DNA of 64,000 nt from Gemmatimonadota bacterium (GTDB taxonomy: Bacteria > Gemmatimonadota > Gemmatimonadetes > Palauibacterales > Palauibacteraceae): the NCBI GenBank assembly GCA_965116475.1, contig OZ220691.1:160001-224000 (forward strand), written 5' to 3'. This document shows positions 37,907 to 47,381 of this stretch, piece by piece. The notes below the pieces were generated by a model, which saw nothing but the letters and a program-made list of their open reading frames with translations, did no database searches and was not told where the DNA came from. Position 1 is the first letter of the stretch. Every line of letters starts with the position of its first letter. Position numbers and translations under genes: made by a program.

Positions 37907-39617
37907 CGGCCGCCTCCGGTGTGAGGACGACGCCCGGGAGCTCCCACGTGAGCTCGCCGCCGTCGACCACGAACGTGCCGCCCACCAGTACGTAGTCCAC
38001 GCCCGATGGGTACTGGTGAGGCTCGAAGAAGGTCGCGTGGTCGCGGAGTTCGTCCAGGTCCAGCACGGCGATGTCGGCCACCAGTCCTTCCCGGATGAGG
38101 CCCCGGTCGCCGAGCCCCATGACCTGCGCCGGGAGGCTCGTCATCGAGCGCACCGCGCTCTCCACCGACAGGATGCCGAGGTCCATCGCATAGCGCCTGA
38201 TCTTGCGGGGGAAGGTGCCGTAGAAGCGCGCGTGTACCGGCCCGTCGCCGGGGAGAGCGATGCCGGCATCGGACGCGGTCACGAGCCACGGATGGGCCGA
38301 AAACTCCTCGACATCGATCTCCGACAGCGAGAACCCGCGCACGCGCGCCCCGCCGGGTCGTGCGCGGTCGCCCTCCAGCTGCAGCCGGATCGCCACCTCG
38401 ACCGGGAACGCGTCCCACTCGGCCGCCAACTCCGCCACCGTCCTGCCCACCAGCGACTCGTCGGGGTGGTCCATGACGACGAGGTTCTCGGGCCCGCCGC
38501 GCCGGCTGATCTCGTGCGCGATATCGAGGCGGACCCGTTCACCGCGTTCGGGGTCGGAGAGCGCGTACGTGAGCACCGCGGCGTAGTCGACCGCTTCCCC
38601 GCCTCCCGGACGCGCGCCCGGACCGCCGCCGGGAAAGATCCAGCGGGGGAGGAGCACGGTGTTCCCGTCGCTGCCCGTCGTGTTGTAGGGGTACTGGTCG
38701 GCGAAGATCGGGACGCCGCGCGCCCGGGCCCGCTCGATGAGGTCGACGAGCGCGCGCCCGGCGCCCCAGAAGTCCGCGCCCCGGGCCTTGATGTGGGTCG
38801 CCACCGTCGTCACTCCCGTGCGTTCGGCGACTTCGATGTCCTCGAGGATCGTCTGGATCATGGTCGGCGGCCCCGGATCGTCCTGGCTCGGCCAGAACCA
38901 CATCGGCGTCATGCCGGAACTGCGTTCGTGCACGATGTAGATGCCGCCGCCCCGTCCGGCCGCCTCGACGAGCGGGAAGAGTTCGGAGGTCTCGCTCCAG
39001 ATCCCGGGCACGTACTCGAGGCCGGCGCTGAGGCCGTAGGCGCCCTCGGCCATCCCCTGCTCCACCATCTCCGTCATGCGCTGCACCTCGGCCGGAGTCG
39101 ACGGGCGCATGAAGTCGTCGCCGAGCGCCATGCGCCGGATCGTGTTGTGCCCGATCATGAGCGCCGCGTTGGGCCCATGGCCGCGGGACTCGAGGCGGCC
39201 GCGCTGGTCGGCGATCGGCCACGACCCGCCGCCGTCCTGGTTGATGACGACGGTGGTGATGCCCTGGCTCACGAGGTTCGGGGCGGCCCGGCGGCGCGCT
39301 CCTTCGCTTCCGGCATCTCCTTCCGCGTCGAGTGCCTGGTCCGCGTGCGAATGAATGTCGATGAACCCGGGGACGACGTACCGGCCGTCGAGCTCGATCA
39401 CGCGGTCGGCGGTGGCGTCGGCCAGGTCCCCGACCCGGGAGATGCGCCCGTCGCGGATCCCCACATCCGCGCGGAACCAGGGATTTCCCGTGCCGTCCAG
39501 AACGCGTCCGCCGCGCAGGAGGACATCGAAGGCCGGTTCCTGGGCGGCCGCGGTCGCAACGTGCGGTAACCCGAGGCCGGCGGCGCAAAGGAGCGCGCCA
39601 AGGACTCTGCGGTTCAT
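37896..39617 (-). CDS. Secreted N-acyl-D-amino-acid deacylase family amidohydrolase
   Basis: Signal peptide, DGTGNPWFRADV, PGFIDIHSH, QGITT, HARFYGTFPR. Confidence 0.88.
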   Translation of the reverse strand: MNRRVLGALLCAAGLGLPHVATAAAQEPAFDVLLRGGRVLDGTGNPWFRADVGIRDGRISRVGDLADATADRVIELDGRYVVPGFIDIHSHADQALDAEGDAGSEGARRRAAPNLVSQGITTVVINQDGGGSWPIADQRGRLESRGHGPNAALMIGHNTIRRMALGDDFMRPSTPAEVQRMTEMVEQGMAEGAYGLSAGLEYVPGIWSETSELFPLVEAAGRGGGIYIVHERSSGMTPMWFWPSQDDPGPPTMIQTILEDIEVAERTGVTTVATHIKARGADFWGAGRALVDLIERARARGVPIFADQYPYNTTGSDGNTVLLPRWIFPGGGPGARPGGGEAVDYAAVLTYALSDPERGERVRLDIAHEISRRGGPENLVVMDHPDESLVGRTVAELAAEWDAFPVEVAIRLQLEGDRARPGGARVRGFSLSEIDVEEFSAHPWLVTASDAGIALPGDGPVHARFYGTFPRKIRRYAMDLGILSVESAVRSMTSLPAQVMGLGDRGLIREGLVADIAVLDLDELRDHATFFEPHQYPSGVDYVLVGGTFVVDGGELTWELPGVVLTPEAADAS

Positions 39618-39655
39618 GATCGCTTCCCGTGTGAGAGGTGCAAGGTCGTGGCCGC

Positions 39656-39694
39656 ACGCGGACTGCAAACGTGGACTGCAAACGTGGACTGCAA
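39656..39694. repeat. 13-bp tandem repeat x3 in a divergent promoter region
   Basis: ACGCGGACTGCAA ACGTGGACTGCAA ACGTGGACTGCAA. Confidence 0.9.
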
Positions 39695-39768
39695 GCTACG
39701 AAAGGTCTCGCGCGGGTCCAACGGTGCGGTTTGGCGCGCGGCGGGCGGCGGGGTAACATCGGCAAGCC

Positions 39769-40788
39769 ATGAACGATCTCCTTCTGCGCGCGCTCGCGCG
39801 CCAACCCGTGGAGCGGACGCCGGTGTGGTTCATGCGGCAGGCGGGACGTTCCCTCCCCGCCTACCGCGAACTCCGCCGGGAGCACGGGTTTCTCGACCTC
39901 GTGCGCGACCCCGAGGCGGCGGCCCGGGTCACGCGACTCCCGCTCGATTACTTCGACATCGACGCCCTCGTCCTCTTCATGGACCTGTCGACGCCGTTCG
40001 AGGCGGCCGGGGTCGAGATCGAACTGCGGGCCGGCGTCGGGCCGGTCCCGCTGCCCCCCTGGAACGGCCTCGCGGATGTGGAGCGACTGCGCCCCTTCGA
40101 GCCGCGGGAGCGCCTCGCCTTCGTGCTCGAGGCGATCCGGCTCCTCGCAGACGGGGAACGCCCGATCATCGGCTTCGTGGGCGCCCCCTTCACCCTGTGC
40201 TCGTACCTCGCGCGCGGCACGCGCGACAGCCGGCTCGCGCAGCTGCGGGCCTTCATGCTCCGGTCCCCCGCGCTCTGGGACCGGCTCGCGGGGTTCTGGG
40301 CCGAGCACCTGGCGGAGTTCGCGATCGCTCAGCACGAGGCCGGCGCCGGCGCCATCCAGGTGTTCGACTCCTGGTGCGGCATCCTCGATCCCCTCACGTA
40401 CCGGGCGCACGTGCTTCCCTACTCGCGACGTCTCCTGGAGCGGCTCCGCGAGCAGGGGATCCCTACGGTGCACTACGGCGCCACGCACGCCGCGGTGGCG
40501 GAGGCGGGGGGCGACGCGATCGGCGTCGATTGGCGCACGCCGCTCGACGAGGCGTGGGATGTCATCGGCCCGGAGCGCGCGATACAGGGGAACCTCGATC
40601 CGGCCTGCATCCTGGCGGGCGAGGAGGCGGCGCGCGCGGGGACGCGCGATGTGCTGCGGCGGGCAGACGGGCGCCCCGGCCACATCTTCAACCTGGGGCA
40701 CGGTCTCCACCCGGATTCCGACCCGGAGGTGATCGCCGCCGTGGTCGACGAGGTCCGGTGCCGGAGTCGGCGGGACAGCAACGGCTGA
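39769..40788 (+). CDS. hemE: Uroporphyrinogen decarboxylase
   Basis: PVWFMRQAGR, GFVGAPFT, QVFDSW, QGNLDP, IFNLGHG. Confidence 0.96.
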   Translation: MNDLLLRALARQPVERTPVWFMRQAGRSLPAYRELRREHGFLDLVRDPEAAARVTRLPLDYFDIDALVLFMDLSTPFEAAGVEIELRAGVGPVPLPPWNGLADVERLRPFEPRERLAFVLEAIRLLADGERPIIGFVGAPFTLCSYLARGTRDSRLAQLRAFMLRSPALWDRLAGFWAEHLAEFAIAQHEAGAGAIQVFDSWCGILDPLTYRAHVLPYSRRLLERLREQGIPTVHYGATHAAVAEAGGDAIGVDWRTPLDEAWDVIGPERAIQGNLDPACILAGEEAARAGTRDVLRRADGRPGHIFNLGHGLHPDSDPEVIAAVVDEVRCRSRRDSNG

Positions 40789-40825
40789 GGACGTTCCCGC
40801 GGGAACGCGGGCAGGCGCGACGGCC

Positions 40826-42091
40826 TCAGGCGCGCGCGGCGAGGCGCTCCGCGACCGACTCGGCCTGGGCGATTCGGCTCGATATGCCCAGCCGTCCGGT
40901 GTAGCCGGCGGCCAGCGTGATGCCCGGAGGAAGGTCGAGCCCGTCCAGCGCCGCCCACGAACCGTCATACGCCGGGAGCCGGGGACGGGCCGTACGGATC
41001 GGCGTCGCCGCCACGCCATGGATCGCCTCGTACTCGCCCGCCGCGGTCCGCTCGAGTCGGCCGGTGTCCCAGGCGGCGACATCGGGGTCGAGGCCGCCGC
41101 CCAGATAGGCCGTACACAGGCCATCGCGCCCGAACAGCGAGGCGTTCCATGTCACGCCGCGCGTCCGCCACCGTTCTCCCAGGGCGACCTGGAACCCGAA
41201 CCCTTCGGGCGCGCTCTCCGCGAGGAGCGGCACCACGGTCACGCGGTGATACCGCAGCTCCGCGAGACGGTCGGCCGCGGCCGGCGCGGCGGTCTTGAGA
41301 AGATCCGCGGCGGCGGGCGCCGGCGTCGCGATCGCCACGTGGTCCACGGCCTCGGAGTCCGGCCGCGTGCCCCCGTGGGCGATCTCGAACCGCCGGCCGG
41401 AGCGCCGCAACCCGCCGACCGGCGCCGCGACCCGGACCCGGTCTGCGTGTCGGCGGGCGAGCGCGTGCGGGAGCGTGGCCATGCCGGCCCGAAACGTGAA
41501 CGCGGGCGGCGACGCGGCCGGCTGCCGGCGTCTCGCCGCGGCGAGGAGGCTGCGCTTCACGCCGAGCGGTCCGAGCAGCATGGGAAGGACACGCGCCGCC
41601 GGCATCGTCTCCGGATCGGATCCGAAGGTCGCGGAGATGAGAGGGCCGAAGAGCCGCCGGTACGCCTCGCGTCCGGCCTTGCGGCGAAAGTACCGGGCCA
41701 CGGACTCCCGCGGCCGAATCCCGCCGGTGAGAGGTTCGAGGGCGGCGCGGGCGCGTCCCGCCGGCGAGAGCAGGTCGCCCGTCAGGAGCCCGGCCGGCCG
41801 ACTCGGCACGACCCGCAGGCGACCGCGGACCCAGATGAACAGGCGCGCTCCGGACCGCGCCTCCAGCACCTCCTCCCGAAGCTCCAGTTCATCGACGAGT
41901 CGCCGCACCGGGGGCGAGAGGCGTGTGCGCTGGGGGCCGAGTTCGACGACCCGGTCGTCGTGGCGGGTGGTGCGGATCACCCCACCGACGTCATCGGCTC
42001 CCTCGAACAGGATCGAGTCGATGCCTCGCCGCGCCAGGGCGTGCGTGAGCGCCAGTCCCGTAATCCCTCCGCCGATGATTCCGACCCGCAT
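40826..42091 (-). CDS. hemY: HemY-type proto/coproporphyrinogen oxidase
   Basis: IIGGGITGL FAD motif, GGVIRT, ELGP, FRAGMATL, GFG; flanked by hemE and hemH. Confidence 0.88.
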   Translation of the reverse strand: MRVGIIGGGITGLALTHALARRGIDSILFEGADDVGGVIRTTRHDDRVVELGPQRTRLSPPVRRLVDELELREEVLEARSGARLFIWVRGRLRVVPSRPAGLLTGDLLSPAGRARAALEPLTGGIRPRESVARYFRRKAGREAYRRLFGPLISATFGSDPETMPAARVLPMLLGPLGVKRSLLAAARRRQPAASPPAFTFRAGMATLPHALARRHADRVRVAAPVGGLRRSGRRFEIAHGGTRPDSEAVDHVAIATPAPAAADLLKTAAPAAADRLAELRYHRVTVVPLLAESAPEGFGFQVALGERWRTRGVTWNASLFGRDGLCTAYLGGGLDPDVAAWDTGRLERTAAGEYEAIHGVAATPIRTARPRLPAYDGSWAALDGLDLPPGITLAAGYTGRLGISSRIAQAESVAERLAARA

Positions 42092-42221
42092 GCCCTCCCC
42101 CCTTCAGCTGCCCCGGCGCTCGGATGGCCGCGGCATTCGAGCGACACCGCACCGGGAGGCGGCAACGTCCGGCACCTTCCCGGCACGGGCAAGCCGGGGA
42201 CCGCGCCGATATGTTCGGGCG

Positions 42222-43286
42222 ATGGCGAACTCCGAACCCCGACCCGCCGTCCTCCTCCTGAACTTCGGCGAACCGACAGGAGCGGACCCGAGCACCGTCA
42301 CCCGCTTCCTGGAGCGGATCTTCCTCGCCAACGCGCGGCTGGAGCCGCACATGGACGCGGCGGCGGCCCGTGCGCGGAGCCGCGAACTCGCGCGGCGCCG
42401 GACACCCGGTCTGCTTGAGGTCTACGACAGAATCGGCGGCTCGCCGCTGGCCCGGCAGGCGGAGGGGCAGAGCGCCGCGCTCGACCGGGCGCTAAAGGGT
42501 CGCGGCCACCCGATGTCCGTGACCGTGGGGATGCAGTTCACGGAGCCGTCGATCGAGGTGGCGCTGCGCCGCCTGCGGGAGACGGGGGCCGCGGCGCTCG
42601 TTCCCCTGCCCGTGTATCCGCTGTGCGGCCCTTCGACCACTGTCGCGGCGCTGGACGAAGTCGAGGAAGCGCTTGAGCGCATCGGATGGCGCCCGGAGGT
42701 GCACGGCGTGACGGGGTGGCACCGCCATCCCGGCTACGCACGGCTTCGCGCCGCCGCGATCCGCCGCGCGGCCGCGGAGGCCGGCTGGAGCCTGTCCGAC
42801 GCGGACGTCCGCCTCGTGTTCAGCGCCCACGGAACCCCGCTTCGGTACATCGAAGCGGGCAGCCGCTACGTGGAATACGTCGAGGAGTGGTGCGCGACCC
42901 AGGCTCGAGCGCTGGGCGTGGATACCTGGACGCTCGGCTACCAGAACCACACGAACCGGGGGATCGAATGGACGCCGCCGGACATCGAGACGACGCTGGC
43001 GCGCCTCCGGGGTGTCGCGAAGATCCTCGTCGATCCGGTCAGCTTCATGCACGAGCAGTCAGAGACGCTGATGGAACTGGACGTGGACCTCGCCGGGCAC
43101 GCCGCCGCACTCGGCTTCGAGTTTCGCCGGGTCGGCATACCGCACGACGATGGCGCGTTCGCCGAAGTGCTGGCCGACCTCGCGCTGGCGGCGCTGGGCC
43201 TCGACGTCCCGGCCCTGCCTCCGAGGACATCGTGCCGGTGTCGCCCGGGAACGGCTGTCTGCTTCAACGGCGGGCCGCTCTCCTGA
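42222..43286 (+). CDS. hemH: Ferrochelatase
   Basis: LLLNFGEP, IGGSPL, GMQFTEP, FSAHGTP, WTPP, SFMHEQSETLMELD. Confidence 0.94.
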   Translation: MANSEPRPAVLLLNFGEPTGADPSTVTRFLERIFLANARLEPHMDAAAARARSRELARRRTPGLLEVYDRIGGSPLARQAEGQSAALDRALKGRGHPMSVTVGMQFTEPSIEVALRRLRETGAAALVPLPVYPLCGPSTTVAALDEVEEALERIGWRPEVHGVTGWHRHPGYARLRAAAIRRAAAEAGWSLSDADVRLVFSAHGTPLRYIEAGSRYVEYVEEWCATQARALGVDTWTLGYQNHTNRGIEWTPPDIETTLARLRGVAKILVDPVSFMHEQSETLMELDVDLAGHAAALGFEFRRVGIPHDDGAFAEVLADLALAALGLDVPALPPRTSCRCRPGTAVCFNGGPLS

Positions 43287-43331
43287 CCTCCGCGTGCCGG
43301 AAGGCACGCTGTCGGGCACGCTGTCGGTGGG

Positions 43332-43928
43332 TCAGCCTTCCGGACGTGCGGTCAGGTCTTCTAGCACCCGGCCGCCGACGCTGTCCACCTGCCCGCGAAT
43401 CACGCACGCCAGCATGTCGGCGGCTTCGCGGAGCATGGACGCGGGTTCCCTCCGGTCGCCCTCGAAACGCACGACCTCGCCGAGGAAGATCCCTACGAGT
43501 TGCGTGGACCCGGAATCGTCGCCGGCCGACTTGATCGCGTCGTCGTACGCCGCCCCGGGTACGCTGGCCCTCCACGGCTCATCCCGCTCGGATCCGCCCC
43601 GTGACGCCCGGTCCATCGGCACGAGCGCGAGCAGGCTGCCCTCCACGCCCGGCCCGCCCTTGCGGACGTTCAGCGCGAGGGCGACCGGCTTGTCGAAGAG
43701 CTCCATCTCGAGGAAGTCCTTCACGCTGTCGCGGGGGATGGCGCAGCGCCCGATCGGCCTGTCCTCGTGAAAGGTCCCGATGCAGATGCTGCCTCGGGGA
43801 GTCAGGTGGTGCTCGATCGGCCGGACATCGAGCTTGAGGGGGGTGGCGGTGCCGACGAGGACGTGTTCGCGGCGCTTCTCGGCTTCGGGCGACGGGGGGA
43901 GCATGTCTCCAAAGAACAGTGTCGTCAT
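43332..43928 (-). CDS. Hypothetical protein
   Basis: 198-aa ORF with GGAGG upstream and natural composition; no motif recognised. Confidence 0.7.
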   Translation of the reverse strand: MTTLFFGDMLPPSPEAEKRREHVLVGTATPLKLDVRPIEHHLTPRGSICIGTFHEDRPIGRCAIPRDSVKDFLEMELFDKPVALALNVRKGGPGVEGSLLALVPMDRASRGGSERDEPWRASVPGAAYDDAIKSAGDDSGSTQLVGIFLGEVVRFEGDRREPASMLREAADMLACVIRGQVDSVGGRVLEDLTARPEG

Positions 43929-44083
43929 CCCATCGCCTCCCGGTCGGTCGCCGCCGTCTTTCCTCCCGAGCACCGATACGCGATCGCGCCCCGCATGTTC
44001 CCAATGTCGCCCGGGCGGGCAGCGCGCGATAGTCTCACCGCGCTCGCGGACACGATTGCACACGAATCGAATACGGAGAGCGT

Positions 44084-45178
44084 ATGACCCGCGGCTTTCT
44101 CGATGTCATGGAGGCGTGGGACGGCGAGTCCGTCGTCACCGCGTTCGACTCCGAGACCGGGGCCTGGATATTCATCGCCCTGCACGATACGCGGCTGGGA
44201 CCGGCCGCCGGAGGGACCCGGATGGCCTCCTATCCCGCGCCGGTGGACGGCCTGATCGACGCCATGCGCCTCGCCGAGGGCATGACCTGGAAGTGGGCGG
44301 GCGTCGGTATTCCGTTCGGCGGCGGCAAGGCGGTCATCGCCGTGCCGGACGACCTCGGCGACGAAGCCCGCGCAGGGCTGGTCGATCGATACGCGGCGCG
44401 CCTCGTCTCGCTCCGCGGCGCCTTCCAGACCGGCGTCGACATGGGCACGACCCCCGACGACATGGCCCGTATCGGAGCCATCTCCGGGTACGCCGTCGGC
44501 CTCGTGGACGGGAAGCCGGGCGACCCGGGACCGTACACCGCGCGCGGCGTGCTGGCCGGGATCGGGGCCGCGCTCGAGCACCGGTTCGGCGAGGCGGATT
44601 TCGGCGCCCGCTCCGTGCTCGTCCAGGGGCTCGGCGATGTCGGCTTCCCGCTGGCCGGGCTGCTGGCCGAGGCCGGGGCGACCCTCTACCTGACGGATCT
44701 GCGCGAGGAGGCCGCAAAACGGGCGCAGGCACGCTTCGGGGGGACGGTCGTCCCTCCTGACGACATCTGGGAAGCGGAAGCGGACGTGTACGCCCCCTGC
44801 GCCGTCGGGGCCACCCTGAATCCGGACACGATCCCCCGCCTGCGCAGCGGGATCGTCGCCGGTTCCGCGAACAACCAGCTCCTCTCCGAGACGGACGCCG
44901 AACGGCTGCGCGAGCGCGGGATCCTCTACGCCCCCGACTACGTGATCAACGCCGGCGGGGCGGTCGCCTTCGCCGCCATCCATGCGGGCGAGCGCGACGA
45001 AACCCGCCTCCGGGCCCGCGTCGACGGGATCGGGTCGTCGCTGCGAGAGATATTCGAGGAGGCGGCCGCGGCCGGAGCATCGCCGCTGCACGCGGCCCGC
45101 CGGCGAGCCCGGCGGTACCTCGACGCCCAGGGCGGACCGCCTCCAGGTGCCGGCCAGCCCACCCGGGGGACGGCTTAG
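44084..45178 (+). CDS. Glu/Leu/Phe/Val dehydrogenase (Leu/Phe-DH type)
   Basis: [50 protein letters not shown]. Confidence 0.93.
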   Translation: MTRGFLDVMEAWDGESVVTAFDSETGAWIFIALHDTRLGPAAGGTRMASYPAPVDGLIDAMRLAEGMTWKWAGVGIPFGGGKAVIAVPDDLGDEARAGLVDRYAARLVSLRGAFQTGVDMGTTPDDMARIGAISGYAVGLVDGKPGDPGPYTARGVLAGIGAALEHRFGEADFGARSVLVQGLGDVGFPLAGLLAEAGATLYLTDLREEAAKRAQARFGGTVVPPDDIWEAEADVYAPCAVGATLNPDTIPRLRSGIVAGSANNQLLSETDAERLRERGILYAPDYVINAGGAVAFAAIHAGERDETRLRARVDGIGSSLREIFEEAAAAGASPLHAARRRARRYLDAQGGPPPGAGQPTRGTA

Positions 45179-45849
45179 CGGCGGGAGGCGATGCGGTCCA
45201 GCGGCTTCTTCGTGATGTCGGGGACGAGCGCGTCGTCCGCGGGATAGCCCACGACGAGCAACAGGAAGGGTCGCTCGTTGGAGGGGCGGTCGAGCACCTT
45301 GTTCAGGAATCCCATGGGGCTCGGCGTGTGGGTAAGGGTGGCAAGCCCCGCGCGGTGGAGCGCCGTGATCAGGATCCCGGTGGCGATGCCGACGGACTCC
45401 GTCACGTAGTAGTTCTTGAGCTTCTCTCCGCCGCGCACTTCGTAACTCTCCGCGAAGATCGCGATGAGGACCGGCGCCATCTCCAGGAACGGTTTGTGCT
45501 CGTCCGTCCCGAGGTGGGCGAGCGCCTCGATCCACGCGGCCGGCGCGCGATGCTCGTAGAAGTCCCGCTCCTCTTTCTCCGCTTCGACCCGGATCCGGCG
45601 CTTCACCTCGGCGTCGCGCACGACGACGAAGTGCCACGGTTGCCGGTTCGCGCCGTTGGGAGCCGTTCCCGCCGCCTCGATGCAGGCGTCGATGACCTCC
45701 GCGGGAACGGGCTCGTCGGAGTACTCCCGGACGGTCCGGCGCCGTCGCATCTCGTCGCGAAAGGCCCGCGCGCGACGCACCATCTCTTCCTCCCCGCGCC
45801 GCGTGAACGTGGCCAGCGGGACCGGGCGGTAGGCGCCCCCATCCGTCAT
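45175..45849 (-). CDS. Iodotyrosine deiodinase-like FMN nitroreductase (IYD)
   Basis: [58 protein letters not shown]: signature motifs of the IYD subgroup. Confidence 0.88.
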   Translation of the reverse strand: MTDGGAYRPVPLATFTRRGEEEMVRRARAFRDEMRRRRTVREYSDEPVPAEVIDACIEAAGTAPNGANRQPWHFVVVRDAEVKRRIRVEAEKEERDFYEHRAPAAWIEALAHLGTDEHKPFLEMAPVLIAIFAESYEVRGGEKLKNYYVTESVGIATGILITALHRAGLATLTHTPSPMGFLNKVLDRPSNERPFLLLVVGYPADDALVPDITKKPLDRIASRR

Positions 45850-45885
45850 CGGATCGACACCGGAGTCACGGAACCGGCGCGCCGC

Positions 45886-47331
45886 TCAACGGACTCCGAC
45901 GAGGCCCCGCGTCGCCTGAATCAGCTCCCGGGAATCGTAGCCGATCCCATCCTTGAACACCCAGCGGACAGCCCGAATCGCGCTCGGATCGCTCCCCGGG
46001 TCACCGTTCAGGACGATGAGGTCGGCGAGCTTCCCGGCCTCCACGGTGCCGAGTTCGTCATCCACGCCGAGGATCTTCGCGCCGTTGGCGCTCACCACCT
46101 GCACCGCCTGCACCGGCGAGAGCCCCGCTTCCAGCAGAAGCTCGAAGTTCCGCTGATTTCCGAAGCCGGGGAGCGCTCCGCCGTTGCCGGTGGGATCGAC
46201 GCCCGAGGCGAGCAGCCCGCCCGCATCGACGAACGCCTTCTCGAAGCGCAGTTCGTTCCGGAAGTTCTCGGGATCGGGTCCCATCTCCTGGATGCGCCCG
46301 CGCTCGTCCAGGTAGGCTTCGCGGAGGTCCGGAGCCATCAGTTCGAGCGTCCGCTCGTCCACGACATCGCGGTCCGGGAAGAAGGCCTCGTAGACCGAGA
46401 GCGTGGCGGTGAGTCCCACTCCGGCCTCTACCATCGCCGCGATCGTTTCGCGCGCGATGGGCCCGGTGGGGTCCGAGCCGCCGGCCCGCTGCATGATGTT
46501 GCCGGGACAGCGGTCGGGCTCCTTCTCCGGCACGAAGTCGGACGCCGTGAGCATCCCGTGCTCGAGGTTGTCGATCCCGAGTGCGACGGCCTCCTGAAAG
46601 CTCACCGAGCACAGGTGTCCGGTGACGCGGAGGCCCAGACGGTGCGCCTCCTCGATCGCGGCCGCCAGTTCGGCGCTCCCGATCGACGTGTACGCCTTCA
46701 CCCACGTCGCCCCCTCCTCCGCCCAGTACTCGACGAAGCGCCGTGCCTGTTCGGGGGATGTCAGGCGGGCCTGGTGCGGCGAGCCCGTCGAGCCGGTGAT
46801 GTACGGCGCCGTGATGTGGATGCGGGGGCCCGGCGAGTCGCCGCGGTCGATCGCGTCCTTCAGATGGACATCCGCGTAGGGGGTGAAGCTCCCGGTCGTG
46901 CGAATCGTCGTGACGCCGGAACCCAGGTAGAGCCGCGGGGCGCTGTAGCCGAGCTGCACGCGCCGTCCCCCGACGGAGGTGTAGAACAGGTGGTCGTGCA
47001 TGCCGACCATCCCCGGGATCACGGTGTGGCCGCCCAGGTCGTGGCGCTCCGCGTCCTCCGGTACGTCGATGGACGCGGCGGGGCCCACGGCGGCGATCCG
47101 CCCGTCGCGCAGCAGCACCGTCTGGTCCTCCAGGACCGGGCCGCCGGTGCCGTCGATCACGCGGACGTGTTCGAGCGCCACGGCCGGCCCCTGCACGGCG
47201 ACGTAGGCGCGGGTTTCCTCGGACAGCCGACCGTAGCTCTGCGCGGCCAGGGGGCCGGCAGGCACCGTCGCGATGGCCGCGAAGGCGGCGAGGACTGCGG
47301 GTGCGGCGCGAATCGCGGAGATCATCTTCAT
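45886..47331 (-). CDS. Secreted amidohydrolase family protein (paralog 2)
   Basis: Signal peptide, IDGTG, PGMVGMHDH, GVTTIRT, GHLC, EHG, GKLADL. Confidence 0.88.
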   Translation of the reverse strand: MKMISAIRAAPAVLAAFAAIATVPAGPLAAQSYGRLSEETRAYVAVQGPAVALEHVRVIDGTGGPVLEDQTVLLRDGRIAAVGPAASIDVPEDAERHDLGGHTVIPGMVGMHDHLFYTSVGGRRVQLGYSAPRLYLGSGVTTIRTTGSFTPYADVHLKDAIDRGDSPGPRIHITAPYITGSTGSPHQARLTSPEQARRFVEYWAEEGATWVKAYTSIGSAELAAAIEEAHRLGLRVTGHLCSVSFQEAVALGIDNLEHGMLTASDFVPEKEPDRCPGNIMQRAGGSDPTGPIARETIAAMVEAGVGLTATLSVYEAFFPDRDVVDERTLELMAPDLREAYLDERGRIQEMGPDPENFRNELRFEKAFVDAGGLLASGVDPTGNGGALPGFGNQRNFELLLEAGLSPVQAVQVVSANGAKILGVDDELGTVEAGKLADLIVLNGDPGSDPSAIRAVRWVFKDGIGYDSRELIQATRGLVGVR

Positions 47332-47381
47332 TCCTCTCTCGACGGGTCCTTCTCGAGGCCCCTGTTCGATGGGTCCCTCGG

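Noticed and set aside
39656-39694. CRISPR array
   Set aside because: 13-bp head-to-tail repeats with no spacers and no cas genes.
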